Origin: Lama glama
Lineage: Eukaryota
DNA length: 64,000 nt
Direction: 5' to 3'
Assembly: GCA_028534125.1 (NCBI GenBank)
Contig: CM052816.1
Location: 86,182,001 to 86,246,000, forward strand
A program made the translations under genes and the position numbers. The notes below the pieces were generated by a model. The model did no database searches, was not told the origin of the DNA, and saw nothing but the letters and a program-made list of their open reading frames with translations. Positions 1-13,359 of the stretch are shown piece by piece (the first letter of the stretch is position 1; every line of letters starts with the position of its first letter).

Positions 1-289
1 AGTGCCCTTAGGAGTTGCCAGGTGAAATAAAAATCTTTATATTCATTGTCAGCAAAAAATACAAAATTCCAAAGATACTTTATCTCTCAGAGTCTAGTCT
101 TTGTTTCTTTCCGTGCTAGTACCTGTAACAGTTTGAGAATCTTGATGCCACTACTTCACACAATTTACTAGTGTCCAATTTCCCCTGGAAACCATTTCAC
201 CCACGGGCTTTTCAATATATATGCAATTCAGTGTTAGAACCCTGTATCTAAGGTTTGTTTCCTGGAGTCATTTCATGTACCAATTACTA

Positions 290-1005
290 TTTAAGTTAGG
301 GCTCACCAGGAGTAAGATGGAACGTTAAAATTGTTGCTTTGGAATGTTTAATAAACTAAATCTTTTATAAAAGTGTGTACATGGCTTAAGGAATAAAAAT
401 AAGGGGCAAAGGGGACTGACATAGAACCCTTGAGCCTGCGATATGTTCAGGCATTTTTAATAACTGCTTTTCCAGAAAAACAAAAACGAAAATACCCTAA
501 TTTGTAGGTATACTATTTCCATAATGTAAATACTCTCATCATGGCTTATTTCAAGCTGTCAATATGACCTCAGTGACCAGACTGCAAAGCAATGCCTACA
601 GTTGGACCTCATGAGCTGGTAAGAGCCATCTCCAGCTCTAGCACACCCACACCATCGCCTGAGGCCCGCAACAGCAGAGTGTACCACCACCCTTAGGCCA
701 GCAAAGACATGGGGTGTTAGAGGTTACTCCAACTCAGAGGTGGTAGCTGCTGGAGAAGGACATCTAGCATGGCTGTTGCAGTCAAGCCATTGAGTCCCGC
801 GTAGAGGACTACCTGTGGAAATAAGTAGCCTGATAATTCTCCTTCAGCCTGTTATTCTCCCGTCAGTGTTCCACATTGATTGAACCTAACGGGAAACCCC
901 AGGTCAAAGGCATCCTAGATATAACATATAGAGGCCAGTCTCCCATTCACAGCAAGCAGAAAAAGTGGAGAGTCAATACGGAGGGTCAAACTGAAGATAT
1001 CTAAC
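290..1005 (-). mobile_element. Old ERVL-type LTR (LTR33/LTR16-like), interrupted by a MER63-like element
   Basis: 860-1005 (cccattcacagcaagcagaaaaagtggagagtcaatacggagggtcaaactgaagatatctaaca) resembles the reverse complement of the LTR33-type 5' end as I recall it; left boundary approximate. Confidence 0.5.
436..652 (-). mobile_element. MER63-like hAT (Blackjack) non-autonomous DNA transposon
   Basis: tgtaaatactctcatcatggcttatttcaagctg...catgagctggtaagagccatctccagc resembles the reverse-complement MER63 consensus. Confidence 0.65.
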
Positions 1006-1529
1006 AATTAGTTTTTTTCTTTTGTCTTACCTACTTCAGAGTTGGTTGTGGGTACTAAGTATATTTTTTCTATAGCTTTTAAAAAATATATTATTCGCAT
1101 AATTATCTGAGCTACAGTTAGTTGAAATAATAACTTACCCTATTTTTTATTACCTAAAGCAAGTAGAAGTGTTATCCAATTGTGACTGAAATTTTGGATG
1201 CTTGTCTGTCACAGGATCCTGAATGCTTGTGTACACATAGTAAATATTTTTTAAAACAGAAACTGTCCATAAGGATCTCACAACACATGTGATGGTAATA
1301 TTACTGTGCATATTGTCGTCTCATTGTCATTGGAATAAAGACAAACTTACTTCATGTAAGTCTCCAAACTAGATCTTCACATTCTTATTCAGGACTCATA
1401 TTTTTCAGCAAGAAAGATATAATTAAATCTCAAATCATGTAAATTTCCATTTTTTTCCCTCCAATTCTTCCCATTGGTCTTTATTTCATCTTTCTAGACT
1501 GAGCTGAAGTCCAAACTGCTCCATGTGAA

Positions 1530-2240
1530 TTTTTTTCCACTCCCTAGTCCTCTGGCAACACTCGCTTTTCTACTCCATTTCTATGAGAATGATTTTTTTT
1601 AAGAGTCCACATGTAAGTAATACCATGCAGTATTTATCTTTCTCTGTCTGGCTTATTTCATTTAGCAAATTCCCTTCTAGTTTCATCTATGTTGTTGCAA
1701 AAGACAGAATTTCCTTCTTTTTAAGGCTGTATAATATTCTATCATATATAATATCTATCTATTACATTCTCTTTATCTGTTCATCCATCAACAGACACTT
1801 AAGACTGTTTTGATACCTTGGCCATTATGAATAACGCTGCAATGAACATGGGAGTACAGATACCTCTTTGTGATAATGATTTTCCTCTTTTGGACATATT
1901 CCTGAAAATGGGATTACTGGATCATGGTAATTCTATTTTTAATTTCTTGAGGAACCTCTGTACTGTTTTCTACAGTGGCTGTACCAGTTTACATTTTCAC
2001 AGACAGTGTATAAGAATCCCCTTTCCTCCACATCCAGGGGAGTATTTTCTATCACTTGTCTTTTATGTAATAGAAATCCTGAAAGATACGAGGTAATATA
2101 TCATTCTGGTTTTGATTTGCATTTCCCTGATGATTAGTGTATTGAGCACCTTTTCATATACCTGTTGGCCATTTGCATGTCTTTGGAAAAAATGTCTATT
2201 CAGGTTCATTGCCCATTTTTAATTCAGTTATTTGGGGTTT
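1530..2240 (-). mobile_element. L1 fragment (ORF2 C-terminus and 3'UTR, L1MA-like)
   Basis: Typical antisense L1 text (ccacatgtaagtaataccatgcagtatttatctttctctgtctggcttatttca; ttgatttgcatttccctgatgattag); ORFs 1583 and 1818 are antisense L1 translations. Confidence 0.92.
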
Positions 2241-4239
2241 TGCCGCAACAAAATTATTTGTAAAAGCCTGAGAGGTAACTGCAAAAAATTAGAATCTCAA
2301 ATGACATATTAGTTACCAAACAGTTGGGGCTGCACTTCTGGAAAATAAGAAAATGCATCCCAGGCCATTATAAGATATGCATTAAATTGTTCCTCAAGAA
2401 TCTGTATCCCATATATCCCAATTACATGTTCAAACATGGTAACAGCAACAGATTATATAGTGATATTTTATATTTATTCATAGTCTATCCTTTGTTTTAT
2501 CTGATAATCTCTAGGCTTTCATATAATAATTTTATCTTTAGGAACTTATGGTGGTGCCTTAGCTGTCTTTTTATCTGCCTGATTTCTGGTCATACTATAA
2601 TATTCAATAATGACTTCATATGTAAATTGAAGACTTCCATATTTATTTTCAAACCCTGTCAACATAGTGTGTGAATTCTTATTGGTATGGATGTTCCTTT
2701 TCTAAAGAGTATGCTGACCCACGATGACTCGGTTTATTCATCTATTATGACCCTTTCACGCACTTCCACTGTCTGTTCCCACAGCCTTGTCATCTCACGT
2801 TGCTTTATACCTAAAACCATTAATTTAGTGTTGCTTTTCTCTCATAACAATTTCCTGCTTTGTTAGATTTCTTACTCAATTACTCTTGACACAACATTAT
2901 AAGCCTCATATCACTTTGACACTTTTAGCTTATCTCTTCTTCTTCCAATATTATTTTTATCTCTAAGCACCTTCAATTTCAGATATATTTATTACAGACA
3001 TGCTTTGTCTTTATGATAAGTTATTTTTATGATTTACTTTTCATTGGTCTTGAAAGAAGGGGAAAAATTGAAATCTACAGAAACGTCTGTCTTCCTACTT
3101 GAAATCTACAATTGAGCTATGAGTCATTGATGTAGAAGATCAAGCCACTTACAATTCTAATTCAGAATAAACTCATAACCATCAAATCATTCTATCAAAC
3201 CACCTGGCTCAACTGTAGGAAGTGCATCTTATTAACATATTTTATTTCTGTTGAGGCAGCATTATGTCTTCATATAACAAGGACTCTTTAATCTCATAGT
3301 TGAAGTCAATATCTTCTTCTTTCCATTCACCCAGGAATTTATTTATGAAAAACTAATTTTGGCTAAAGATACTTTTAACAAAAGAATGAAGTTTTGAAGT
3401 TGAGTGAAGAAAGAAAATGCTGTTGTCAGTGGGCATTCTTCTTAGAGAGAATCCTTTGTTTGGTACTTTTTACCATCACCTGTCATGGATTGTGGACAGT
3501 CTGCCCTGCCTTCTTCTCTTGGGAAGAGTTTAGTTTTCTTACTTGGAGTTAATAATATGCATGGCATAAAAGTCACTTTTTTCTTATGTTTTTCTTTACC
3601 CAACTTTTTAACTAATTCCTCAGCTAAATATTCAGTCACTAATTATGTGTTAATCTATAAAACTGGAATTAAGAAATACATCTGTGAACAAGACACATTT
3701 TTCCTTCTTCAGGAAACTTTCCATTTTTATTTGGTCTGCTCATTTCCACACACTCTGTGCTGTGAAACTTAATCTTCAGCTGGGTGATTATGAAAAGAAT
3801 TCTGACCTTCCTCTGCCTCCCAACTGCCTTTGCTATGTCCCCTACTCTCCCTCAGCTGCATTTGTAGCCCAGCACAGCAGTTGATGCAGATGAACTGAAG
3901 GAAGTTAGAGGAAGCATTTGAGACAACTGGCTATTCTAGGATCTCTTGGAAGGAGGCAGGGAACGCATTCTTATTTCTTCAGAATGTATAGTAAGAAGGA
4001 TCAGCTGTGGAAGCAATGGACAAAAGGACAAGGGTTCTCCTCTTCCAAGGGAAGGCCCAGACTGAGAGGGGTTACAGACACTCAACATGAAAAGCAGCAC
4101 TTGCTTGCCGGCACGAGTCCTTGGAAGGCATTATCTGCATTATCAACACCATTGAAAAGTCTTTTAGGAAGTTGCCCTAATTAAAAACCATTTAGAAACC
4201 AGACTTTTAAAACCATTTAGAAACTACATGCTTCGGATT

Positions 4240-5860
4240 GTAACCTGTCTCCACTGGCTTCAGTTTAACTCCTCCACTTTCCCGTATTTTTAACTCTTCT
4301 CTTCACAGTGGAAAACCTGGCTTCCTTTAATCACATTGTATTTACTTATTAGCACAGTCCTAGGAGTTAGGGAGGGTAGAAAGATTGATAATCTCTGTAA
4401 ATATATGTATTTATCTAACTACTAATTTGGGTATGATAACCTCAGACATAATAAAGCTGCAAACCAGAATATAATATTTTTTGTTTATTTTTGTCTTTAG
4501 TCTTAGGATATGTATTAAAAATTAATTTATGGTAAAAAAATTACTTATTTTTTTCTTTCTTCTTCATGTGATTATGTTATCTATTTGAAATATAGTTAGG
4601 TTTAATTTGTTTTGTTTATATTCCATTTCATTTTGTTTTTTTTCAATCCAACCTTTATTATCTGATTAATTTAATTTGTGAGTATGTGAAACAATAACAA
4701 CTTTCAAAAAATCAAAATCATGTAAAAGTTTATCATCAGAGAGATCTTATTTCCCTATCATTTCTGTATTATTCCCATGAAAAATTCCCATGTATCATTA
4801 CCCTTTTCATTTCTCATTCTTAATCCCTCCCCATCACTTCACAGAAATTTTTCTCATTCTTGTTTTCAACTGCATAGTATTTCAACATGTGTATTGACCA
4901 TAGTTAATTCAACTATTTTTCCTTATTGTCAGGGAGGAAGAAATTTTTCTCTACCTTCTAGGTTCTTCTGGCTGGTGTAGGGGTTAAATTGACATGAGAT
5001 AGGTTAAGAGAAAATCAAATTTTAATAACAGATGTACATAGGAGAGACCCAGAAAACCTGAGTAACTCACCAAATGGCTGAAGCCCTCACCTTAAATGCC
5101 ATCTTTAGCTAAAGACAGAAGAGGATTTGGGGGTAGTGGTTTGGAACTTCAAAGGGGAAAAAAGCAATTTACCTGCAGATGGAAAAGCAAATGTTTGGTA
5201 AGCAAAAGTTTGCTAGGCAATACAGAGACAATGGAAAACAGGAATTTTAACAAAAGGGCTTTGCTAGGTTCATTCTTTTCTATCCACCTGGTTCATACTG
5301 GTTATCTATGGTGATAACCTTTATGGGAGTGGTCCTATATCCACATTATTTATGCAATTAAGGGGGAGGTAAAAAGAATGACTCCTTGAGTCTTTTGGAC
5401 CTTGATTGTTTTCAGCTTGAAATAATCCACATGCCAGAGAGACATTTGGGGTGGTAAGATTTGCTCCTCTACATTGTCAATGTATGTGAATAATTTTCAA
5501 TATTTTGCAATTAGAGGTAATTTTTGTGGGGAAAATAGTGAATACATGTTTTCACAGTATTGAACATGAATTTTTAGGAAAAATATCTAGAAATGGACTT
5601 GCTGGGTCAAAGGTAAATGCACATATAACTTCAGTATATATTGACAGCCCACTCCCCCAAAGGGTTTTACAATCTGAGTTCCATCAACAATTATTAGAGT
5701 GCCTGTTTCTTCACAGGCTTGCAAAATATATTGTGTGCTCTTTGAAGTTAAACATCCTTATAGATGATAGGTAAGAAATGGTCTCTCTCTGTAGTTTTAC
5801 CTTACATTTCTCTAATTATAACATTGAACATCTTGCCATCTTTTTGTAGGTTTCAATATA
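4240..5860 (-). mobile_element. Highly diverged L1M (L1MC/ME-type) 3' region, split by the LTR at 4927-5473
   Basis: ctagaaatggacttgctgggtcaaaggtaaatgcac and ggtaagaaatggtctctctctgtagttttac are degenerate antisense L1 motifs; boundaries approximate. Confidence 0.6.
4927..5473 (-). mobile_element. ERV1 solo LTR (MER34-like)
   Basis: TG...CA termini; minus strand begins tgtagaggagcaaatcttaccaccccaaatgtctctctggcatgtggattatttcaagctg, like MER34-group LTRs; flanks ttat/ttgt (3/4 TSD). Confidence 0.8.
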
Positions 5861-5899
5861 TTTCTATCTTTTCTTATTTTTCCCCATTTTTAATAGATC

Positions 5900-6990
5900 T
5901 TGTTAAATGGGACAGGTAAACAAAACAACATAAAAAGTCAGAAACATTAAAGTAAGTACCGTGAAAGGGGATAGATTTTGAGATAATAATACAGGGATCT
6001 AAACTTGACTAATCAAAATTTATGAAGACTTATCTGAGGAAATCAATTTAAGCCTTGGCCAGAAGGATAAGTAGGAAGCAGCCAAGTAAAGTATTGAAAG
6101 AGGAACATTCCATTGTGAGGAATATATATGGCTGAAAGTTTGTTAGCAGGAAGGCAGGCCACTTGTAAACGCTAGAAGAAGTCATTAGGGTTATTTCATA
6201 GTGAAACAGAGGCAAAGTTAATTAAATAATCTTTCAGAAGAATAGATTGTCTAGAGTTTCACAGGCCAGGGTAAAGTTTTGGAATTTTTCCAAGGACATA
6301 GGAAACCACTGAAGGGTGTTAAGCTTTGAAGTGACATAAATTTATTATTTTTACTTTTTAATCTTATAAACATGAAGATGGTGACTATGGTTATGGGAAG
6401 AGTAGAAATATTTGAAATAAGATTTTGGAGTTATAAATTCATGGGACATGCTGGTGGGTGGGTATGGGAAATAGCACCAATGAGTATCATGACAGATCTC
6501 CGCCATGAACAAAGGGTGCATGAAAAATTCCCTTGCTGATTTGGATAACAGTTGAGGAGAACATCTTAGATTTCATTCTGAGATGGATAATGTGTAATGA
6601 ATGCCAGTAGGCAGACAGACAAGTGGCTCGAAAGATGAGAAGAAAGATCTGAGTTAGGGATTTAAAAAAAACTAATCAGTGGCAGATAAATTGTATGTCA
6701 GCCCATTGAAAAGGACAGAGCAGAGTAAATTGAAGGCTTAGGGTTGACAGCCAAGGAGAACCAGAAAAGACACATGGAAGAAAAAAGGATTAAAGACATT
6801 CGTGGTATTTGCAGAGAGTTATTAACAAGGAAGACTTTATAAGCTAAGGTGGAAAAGCAGGGGACTACATAGGAAGTGGTAGAGAGAGTGCAGCAGGAAC
6901 GCTGTTGGCTTTTGGAGTTGAAGGACTATTTCAACAGTAATGCCTAAGCAAGTAGAACCATATGTTGAGGAGTTTATGGATGGTGTTTGG
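5900..6990 (-). mobile_element. L2 LINE remnant
   Basis: Purine-rich degenerate L2 motifs (tctgaggaaatcaatttaagccttggccagaaggataagtagg; cataggaaaccactgaagggtgttaagc). Confidence 0.65.
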
Positions 6991-7900
6991 GATGTTTGAA
7001 ATAGTGGTTTTAGATATGGTCCCATTTCTGGATTTGGATTTTGTCACTAATGGACAAAACTAAACTGAGGAAACCGTCATTGTAATGAAGGAAAATAGAA
7101 TCAAAGCCTACATGGTGGTTGTGTTACATGTGGAAGCCACTTAGAAAAACAACAAGTGTTGGGCCAAAAGGAGAATGGGGATCCATATTCCGAAAATGCC
7201 AAGTGAGTTAGGGAGTATGACCAGGATGGGGATAGTTGATTATGAGGACATGAAAAAAGGAAGAGGATGTATAGTTTCCTAAAAGGGGCATAGTCCAGCA
7301 AGAAAGATACCAACCCACATTCTCATGTATAAAAATTTCAAGGGAATTAAAAATGCTTCTTCCAACTGAAGAAGCATTCAGAAATCAGAAAGTTTTTCAT
7401 TAAAAAAAAAGAAAAGGAATGTTAGGAGTATTTTGAATATAAGGCACTATGCTGACTCTTGGTTTTCTTTATTCTTATTGTTTAAAAGTCAATACTAAGC
7501 TTCTCTAAAGTATTTTGCAATTTGTTTTATCAAAGTAGGGTGAGATGTATTCTTGGGTTCCAGTAATTATTTCAGCTAGATGAATATTTTTTGACCCAGT
7601 CCTGAAACTAGTGGACCAGAATAAAATTGTTCACAGAGGAATGCAATTCAAGCAGTAAAAATTAAGGAATGATACAGTGCAATGAGGACAGACTCTAGAC
7701 AGAGAGAGAGACAGAGCAGAGAGATTCAAGAAACAAGAAAAGAATGTTCTCTGACTCAATATTTTTCAGTCTTTATCGTTCTTTTTGATAAAATGCTAGA
7801 TATTGTAACATTGAATTAATCAGATTTATTATTTTGTAAATAAGACAAAAAGAAATGACAATTATTTATTTTATATTATAAGCCAGAAAGAGATAAGTGC

Positions 7901-8241
7901 TGTTAAAAGATAACCAGAGGCATATTAAAATTTTAAGAGTTTATTTGAGCAAAAATGAATTGTAATGATTTAGGGCCAAATCGAAAGTGGTTAGAAGTGC
8001 TCCACTAAGGGAAGAACTAGGGGAGAGATTTTTACAGAAAAAAGGCAGAAGCAAACCAAGGACATTATTGATTGGTTATAGCTTAAATGCTAGTTGACTA
8101 TGATTGTTTGGTTGTTCTTAGGTTTCAATTTTGTACCTTGAGGCATTTACAGGCTTAGGTTTTGGTTGGCTTATTTACATAGGCTACCACGGCATTCAGG
8201 TCACCTTAGTCTAATAGCTTCCTTGTTTAATTAATTTAACA
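7901..8241 (-). mobile_element. ERV1 (MER4-group-like) solo LTR
   Basis: Terminal inverted repeat tgttaaa...tttaaca; perfect 4-bp TSD gtgc (7897-7900 and 8242-8245); AATAAA on the minus strand near 7940. Confidence 0.85.
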
Positions 8242-8377
8242 GTGCTAAAATGAAAGTCATAAAGAAGAGAAAGACTGGAAAAAATCAATAATTTCCTTGG
8301 GGTCAACGTTAAGGTATTTCTATATGTAATTGGGAGCACTTATATCAAAATGTGTAGGTAACATCAAATTATGGTCA

Positions 8378-9097
8378 TGTGATATAATAAAAAATATGGG
8401 TGGCCTTTATCCCTGGTTCCTACCACAGAGTTCCTGAAAACCTTGGAATTTCTTAAGTCACAAAAGGGTCTTTCTTTTTTTAAAACTAACCACTTTCCAT
8501 TACACCGAGTTTATGCTAACAAAGTGACTCAGGGGCTCTAGTTAGCTTCAGGATGGGGCTAGTCTTCAGAAAGACCAACTGATTAGAGAGTGGGAACTTT
8601 CAGTTCCACCCTTGATCTCCAGGGAAGAGAAGGGAGCTAGAGTCTGAGCTCTGTAAAAGTGTGTGAACAATAATATTGGGAGAGTCTGTGACTTGGTAAC
8701 CACAGTGATGTGCTGGACAGAAAAGGGCAGAGAAACTCATGTACCTTCCATCCCCACCCCATCTCTTGCCCTATGCCTTTCCTCAATTTGGCTGATCCTG
8801 AGTCGTATCCTTTAAAATAAAGGTAAGCAAAGTGTTTTCCTGAGTTCTCTGAGCCCTTCTAGTGAAATATCGAACCTCAGGGAAGGGAGTCATGGGAACC
8901 CCTGAATTTGCAGTCAGCTTAGCAGAAGTGCGGGCAGTCTGGAAACCCATTTGCAGCTAACATTTGAAGTGTGGGACTATCTTATAGAACTGGACCTCTA
9001 AGCCTGTGGACTCTGATGTTAACTTAGGGTAGTTAGTGTGAGAATTGAACTGAATTGTTGGATACCTATTGGTGTTGGAAGATTTGGGACTCTGACA
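8378..9097 (+). mobile_element. MER21-like solo LTR
   Basis: TG...CA termini; perfect 5-bp TSD ggtca (8373-8377 and 9098-9102); MER21-like motifs (aaaccttggaatttc, gttagtgtgagaattgaactgaattg). Confidence 0.85.
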
Positions 9098-9609
9098 GGT
9101 CATATACTCATGGGGAGTACAACAACAGACTAACTCAAGGATTGTGAAAAAATTGTTGGTATTGTAACACTAATTACCATGAATATTAGAAATGCAAAAA
9201 AGGATATCTTGTCATATGAATAGACATAAATGGGGAAAAAAAGCATTTAACTTTCAGAAGCATTGTAAAATATCTGTTTCTAAAACTGAAGTGTGATAAA
9301 AAATAAATAAATAAATTTATCCAAAAACGTGTCAAAAAATGCTTTGAAATCCTCTTCCGACACTCCAGAAGCTATTTTGTTGTAAGGCAAATGCATCTTG
9401 AATCACAGCCAAGTCCTGTTATGCCAAAGGACCTTGTTGTAAATCTTATAAGGCTGCCCGGATACAAGGACCCTGAGGACATAGTTATTGCAAGATGCGA
9501 GTATATCTGCTTACATGACTGTCCAGGAGGCGAATGTTAATGTTTGGAAACTGCAAAAAACCCTGCAAAATGGCAAACCTTTATTTAGAATGTGTCAACA
9601 TTATCTTGA

Positions 9610-9677
9610 TGGCTTTGAAGTGGGGTATTCTGGAAGAAATCAGTGGCTTTGAAGTGGGGTATTCTGGAAGAAATCAG
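9610..9677. repeat. Perfect 34-bp tandem duplication
   Basis: tggctttgaagtggggtattctggaagaaatcag occurs at 9610-9643 and 9644-9677. Confidence 0.97.
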
Positions 9678-11214
9678 TGAATAGGGAAGTCTTGGTGGGA
9701 AAAACATAGTGGGAAATGAAAATAAATGGCAAGAGCAGGTACTTACTGATATTTATTTAACTTACCTTGAATTTAAGATGTAATGAACTACTTTGCAGGG
9801 AGGCTGGCTGTTTCTTTGTTGTGTATCTATAGATGTTATTTGTTTTGTATTTCTTATATGTTATGTGCAAAGATATTGTGGTTAAATAACACATACAAGA
9901 ATGGAACTCGGTTTTCAACCTTCAGTCCGGTCTTCCTTCTATTATGCTATTTTAAATTGTCTGTTGCACTTTCTAAACCAGCTTGGAGTGTGATACCACA
10001 TCTGTCCCCTCTCCCAATCAATCAGGCTGATCCCAGTGTCAGTCTTCTGGTGGAAAATGTCAAACAGGCATTTTAAACAGGCTTAGAAATGATAGCAATT
10101 TCCAAAGAGTGCTCAGACCCATAAATTAACATGAAGCTATATTCTGCCACAGACCTTGAAGTGCTAATGCAGAGATAGGTTCATAAGAAAAGACATTGGT
10201 GTCAGAGTTGACATAGCATAAGGAAAGCAAAACTTAACACAGAAAGTAAAAATCTGAAAAAATAGTCAATCATTAAGTTGCTTTTCCGTTGGGTTTCTCA
10301 ATGCCCTGCTCTCTATTAGCAGAGTCCTACGAGATTTTTAAAAGAAGCAACTGCATCCAAGTAGTCCATTTGTGTCTCCTGACAAGGCAGTCATCCATTT
10401 CTTTGTCTGTTTTCCTTTCCTGAGAAAAATAGATTAGACAGTTTGGAAGAAAATTAGCCTGTCTCCTTTTCTTTTTTCCTTTGAGCCAAAAGTCTAGAGA
10501 AAACCAGGGTCTTCTTCCCTAGCATCTATTTTTCTAGCTTTAAGCCGAAGTATATAAAGCTGTTTGGGAAAAGAAAAAAAAAGTCTGGATACCAGGATTA
10601 GTCATAACCGTCAACATCTATTAGCAAAAGAAGCCAAAAGCACCAGGGTCTAGAGCTGCTTCATCGTTGCGTGTTTCATAATCCACTGACGTTCCTTGTA
10701 GAAAATGATACTATGATCCTCACAAATTGGTATGGAAGTGCCAAAGGAAACAGAGAGATGTCCACTCTCACTTCAAGTTCTGCACCACATCTCAATCATA
10801 CTATCTATCCATTTGTCTGTTTTGAGAATAAAATAAAAGAGCATAAGTCCTTCATGGACATTCCCAATAGGTCTTAACTATTGTTATTAACCCAATTATC
10901 AACTTGAACAATTTGTATACAGGTTATGTAGGTAAATGCTGCAATAATTTATATCGTAATGGGAATGTTTTTCTCACATATCTATGTATCAAGCCATCCT
11001 TTATTATTTTAACTAAAAGAGTTTATGGCAAAATAGCATATCATCTGATAATCAGTGTGAAAAGAAATGCTCATCTGTGGTAAAATATAGCCCAAGAGAC
11101 TCTTTCTTATTTTTGTAGCCTGTCTCACAAAGTTACATATACACAGAGTGACCATTTCTTGATTCCTGTCAAGAGCTACGTCTGAAGTCTGGAGCAGCAT
11201 GCTTCCTCTGGATT

Positions 11215-11385
11215 TATCTTAAACCTCACCACAAACTTGAAAGTCCAAAATGATTATTCCATTTTATATCTGAGGACATGGAGTCTCAGAAATGTTAATT
11301 GACTTTCCCAAGGCAATATGATTAATCATTGTTTTACTTGAAATTTGAAGCAGGATTCTGTTTCCAGAGCCAGTCCTCTCTTCAG
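11215..11385 (-). mobile_element. MIR SINE
   Basis: attattccattttatatctgaggacatggagtctcagaaatgttaattgactttcccaagg matches the antisense MIR core. Confidence 0.75.
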
Positions 11386-12015
11386 CTGTTAAAATTTTTT
11401 ACAGAGAAATATTTTTAAGTTTCTAAATATATTTATTTGACTGAAAATGTACAGAAAGGAGGAGTGAAGTCCTGAACTCTTTGAAAGTTTAGATGGTATC
11501 ATTTTTCAGGTGAAGGAAATGACAGCAGCCTTAGGCAGGCATGCTTCTAGCAGCTATCTTTCCCTAAAAAGCAGTGTAATCCAACTTGAGTGGAGAGGGC
11601 AGGAAAGATAAGACCAAAAGTCTTAGGAACTGACAACTAAAGAGATAACTTGGTCTGAATAGTCTATGATAATCTGAAGAATATATAGATACACTGAGTG
11701 GTGAAAAGATGTACACTGGGTGTAGGAAGAAGTTTGCAGTAGCAATTAGAGGTAAATTTTAAAACACAAGATGAAGCCAGAAGCAGTGGAAATGGCTTGG
11801 GCTATGAGTGGATGGGAGAATAAAAATAGTTTCTAGTTCAAAGAGGATTTAGTAACACTGCACATTATAAATAAATGGTGAACTACTGGCACTTGGAAAT
11901 TTTATGAAACTTGCTAAGTGAAGGATGTACAGGAAAAAAAGTAACTATTTATGATCACCTAAATCAAAATTTGTGTTTTGTTACACAGACATAACAAATC
12001 TATTAATCAAATAGG

Positions 12016-12201
12016 CAGTGGTTTGCAATTAGGCATGCATCAGAATCACCTGGGGAATTAGTTCAACCAGACCCCCGGGCCTCAACCACAGGTTTTCTGA
12101 TTTGTTAGGTTTTGGGGTGGGGCCTAAGAATTAGTACTTTTAACATGTCTCCCAGTGACGCTGATGCTGCTGGTCCCAAAAGAATCCTTCAAGAACCACA
12201 G
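12016..12201. mobile_element. MER5A hAT-Charlie element
   Basis: cagtggtt...catcagaatcacctggggaa...ggggtggggcctaagaatt...gatgctgctggtcc...gaaccacag. Confidence 0.85.
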
Positions 12202-13359
12202 AAGTAAGTTTTGTTATTTATAAGTTTACTTTTACAAATCTCTGATTTGCCTAATCTCTAAACCATCACGGTCACAGGATCAGTATTAGAAGTTAGATTT
12301 AGTCGCTGACAAATACTGGAGATTCTCTGATACAAACTTCAAACTCTTTGACCTTTGGTTACAGAATATGTAGGTTCTGTGCGTCCACATTGTAATTGAG
12401 AACCTCAAAACTACCTGTCAGTCACTCAAGTTCTTATCATCAAGATGAACTTAGTGTACACCCAGTTTCTTTTGTAAGTTTGTTCTAGGAAATTGGAACT
12501 TTTTTTTTTGAGGGAAGTTAAAGAAAAGGATTCTCATATATTTATGTGTCTTTTACATGTTTTTCTTTTAGTTACAGTAAGAAGCACTCACAATACATAC
12601 ACACATTTAGTGTGTGCACATATTGGTTTCACATCATATAGTACCGTGGACTGTTCTTGCCTTGTTGAGTTGGCCATGAAGTCCTAAGGGCCCATTTATG
12701 CACACAACTGAAAGTGTGAGAACGCTAGAAATAGGACTAATGCCTAAATCTTTTCTTTTGGTACAATAAACTGTTAAGTAGAACATGCCATTTCAATTTT
12801 CAAAAAGAATTTAAACAGCTGTATATGAACTTCATCAGTAATCGTGATGTGGAGTTTGCAATGTTTTGGTTTCAGTTCCTGGGAAGACAGGGGAAAAAAC
12901 TATTGCCTGACTCAAATATATTTTGAATGGCAGTGTAGTTGTTTTATTTTACTTTTTCCCTTTTGATGGAAAAAGTACTCAGTTTTAGAAAATATGATAA
13001 AAAATGAAGGATTTACCATTAATCTATTCTTGGAAAAACAGTTTTAATCCTTCAAATTCTTCAAAAATGAGAGATGCTGGTCCTTGAGGAATTAAAGAAT
13101 AGACTGTTGTATATACCTAAAAAAGTAACAATGACAATGAAAATTCTACTGGCTCCAGTCATTTTATTCTCTCTTTAATAATATGTCAATGTGTACTTTA
13201 GAAATAATTTATGGAAGGACACATTGCAAATGAGATTTTAAAATACTCAAATTCAAGATTTGTTAAATGTTTTATTTGTTTAAAAGTCCATTGAAATTAT
13301 TTTTAAAGCTATATTTTAAATATGTTTTTGTGCCAAACAACATTAAACAATCACTTTGA

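Noticed and set aside
9610..9677. CRISPR-like 34-bp repeats
   Set aside because: Two adjacent copies with no spacer, in mammalian DNA with no cas genes.
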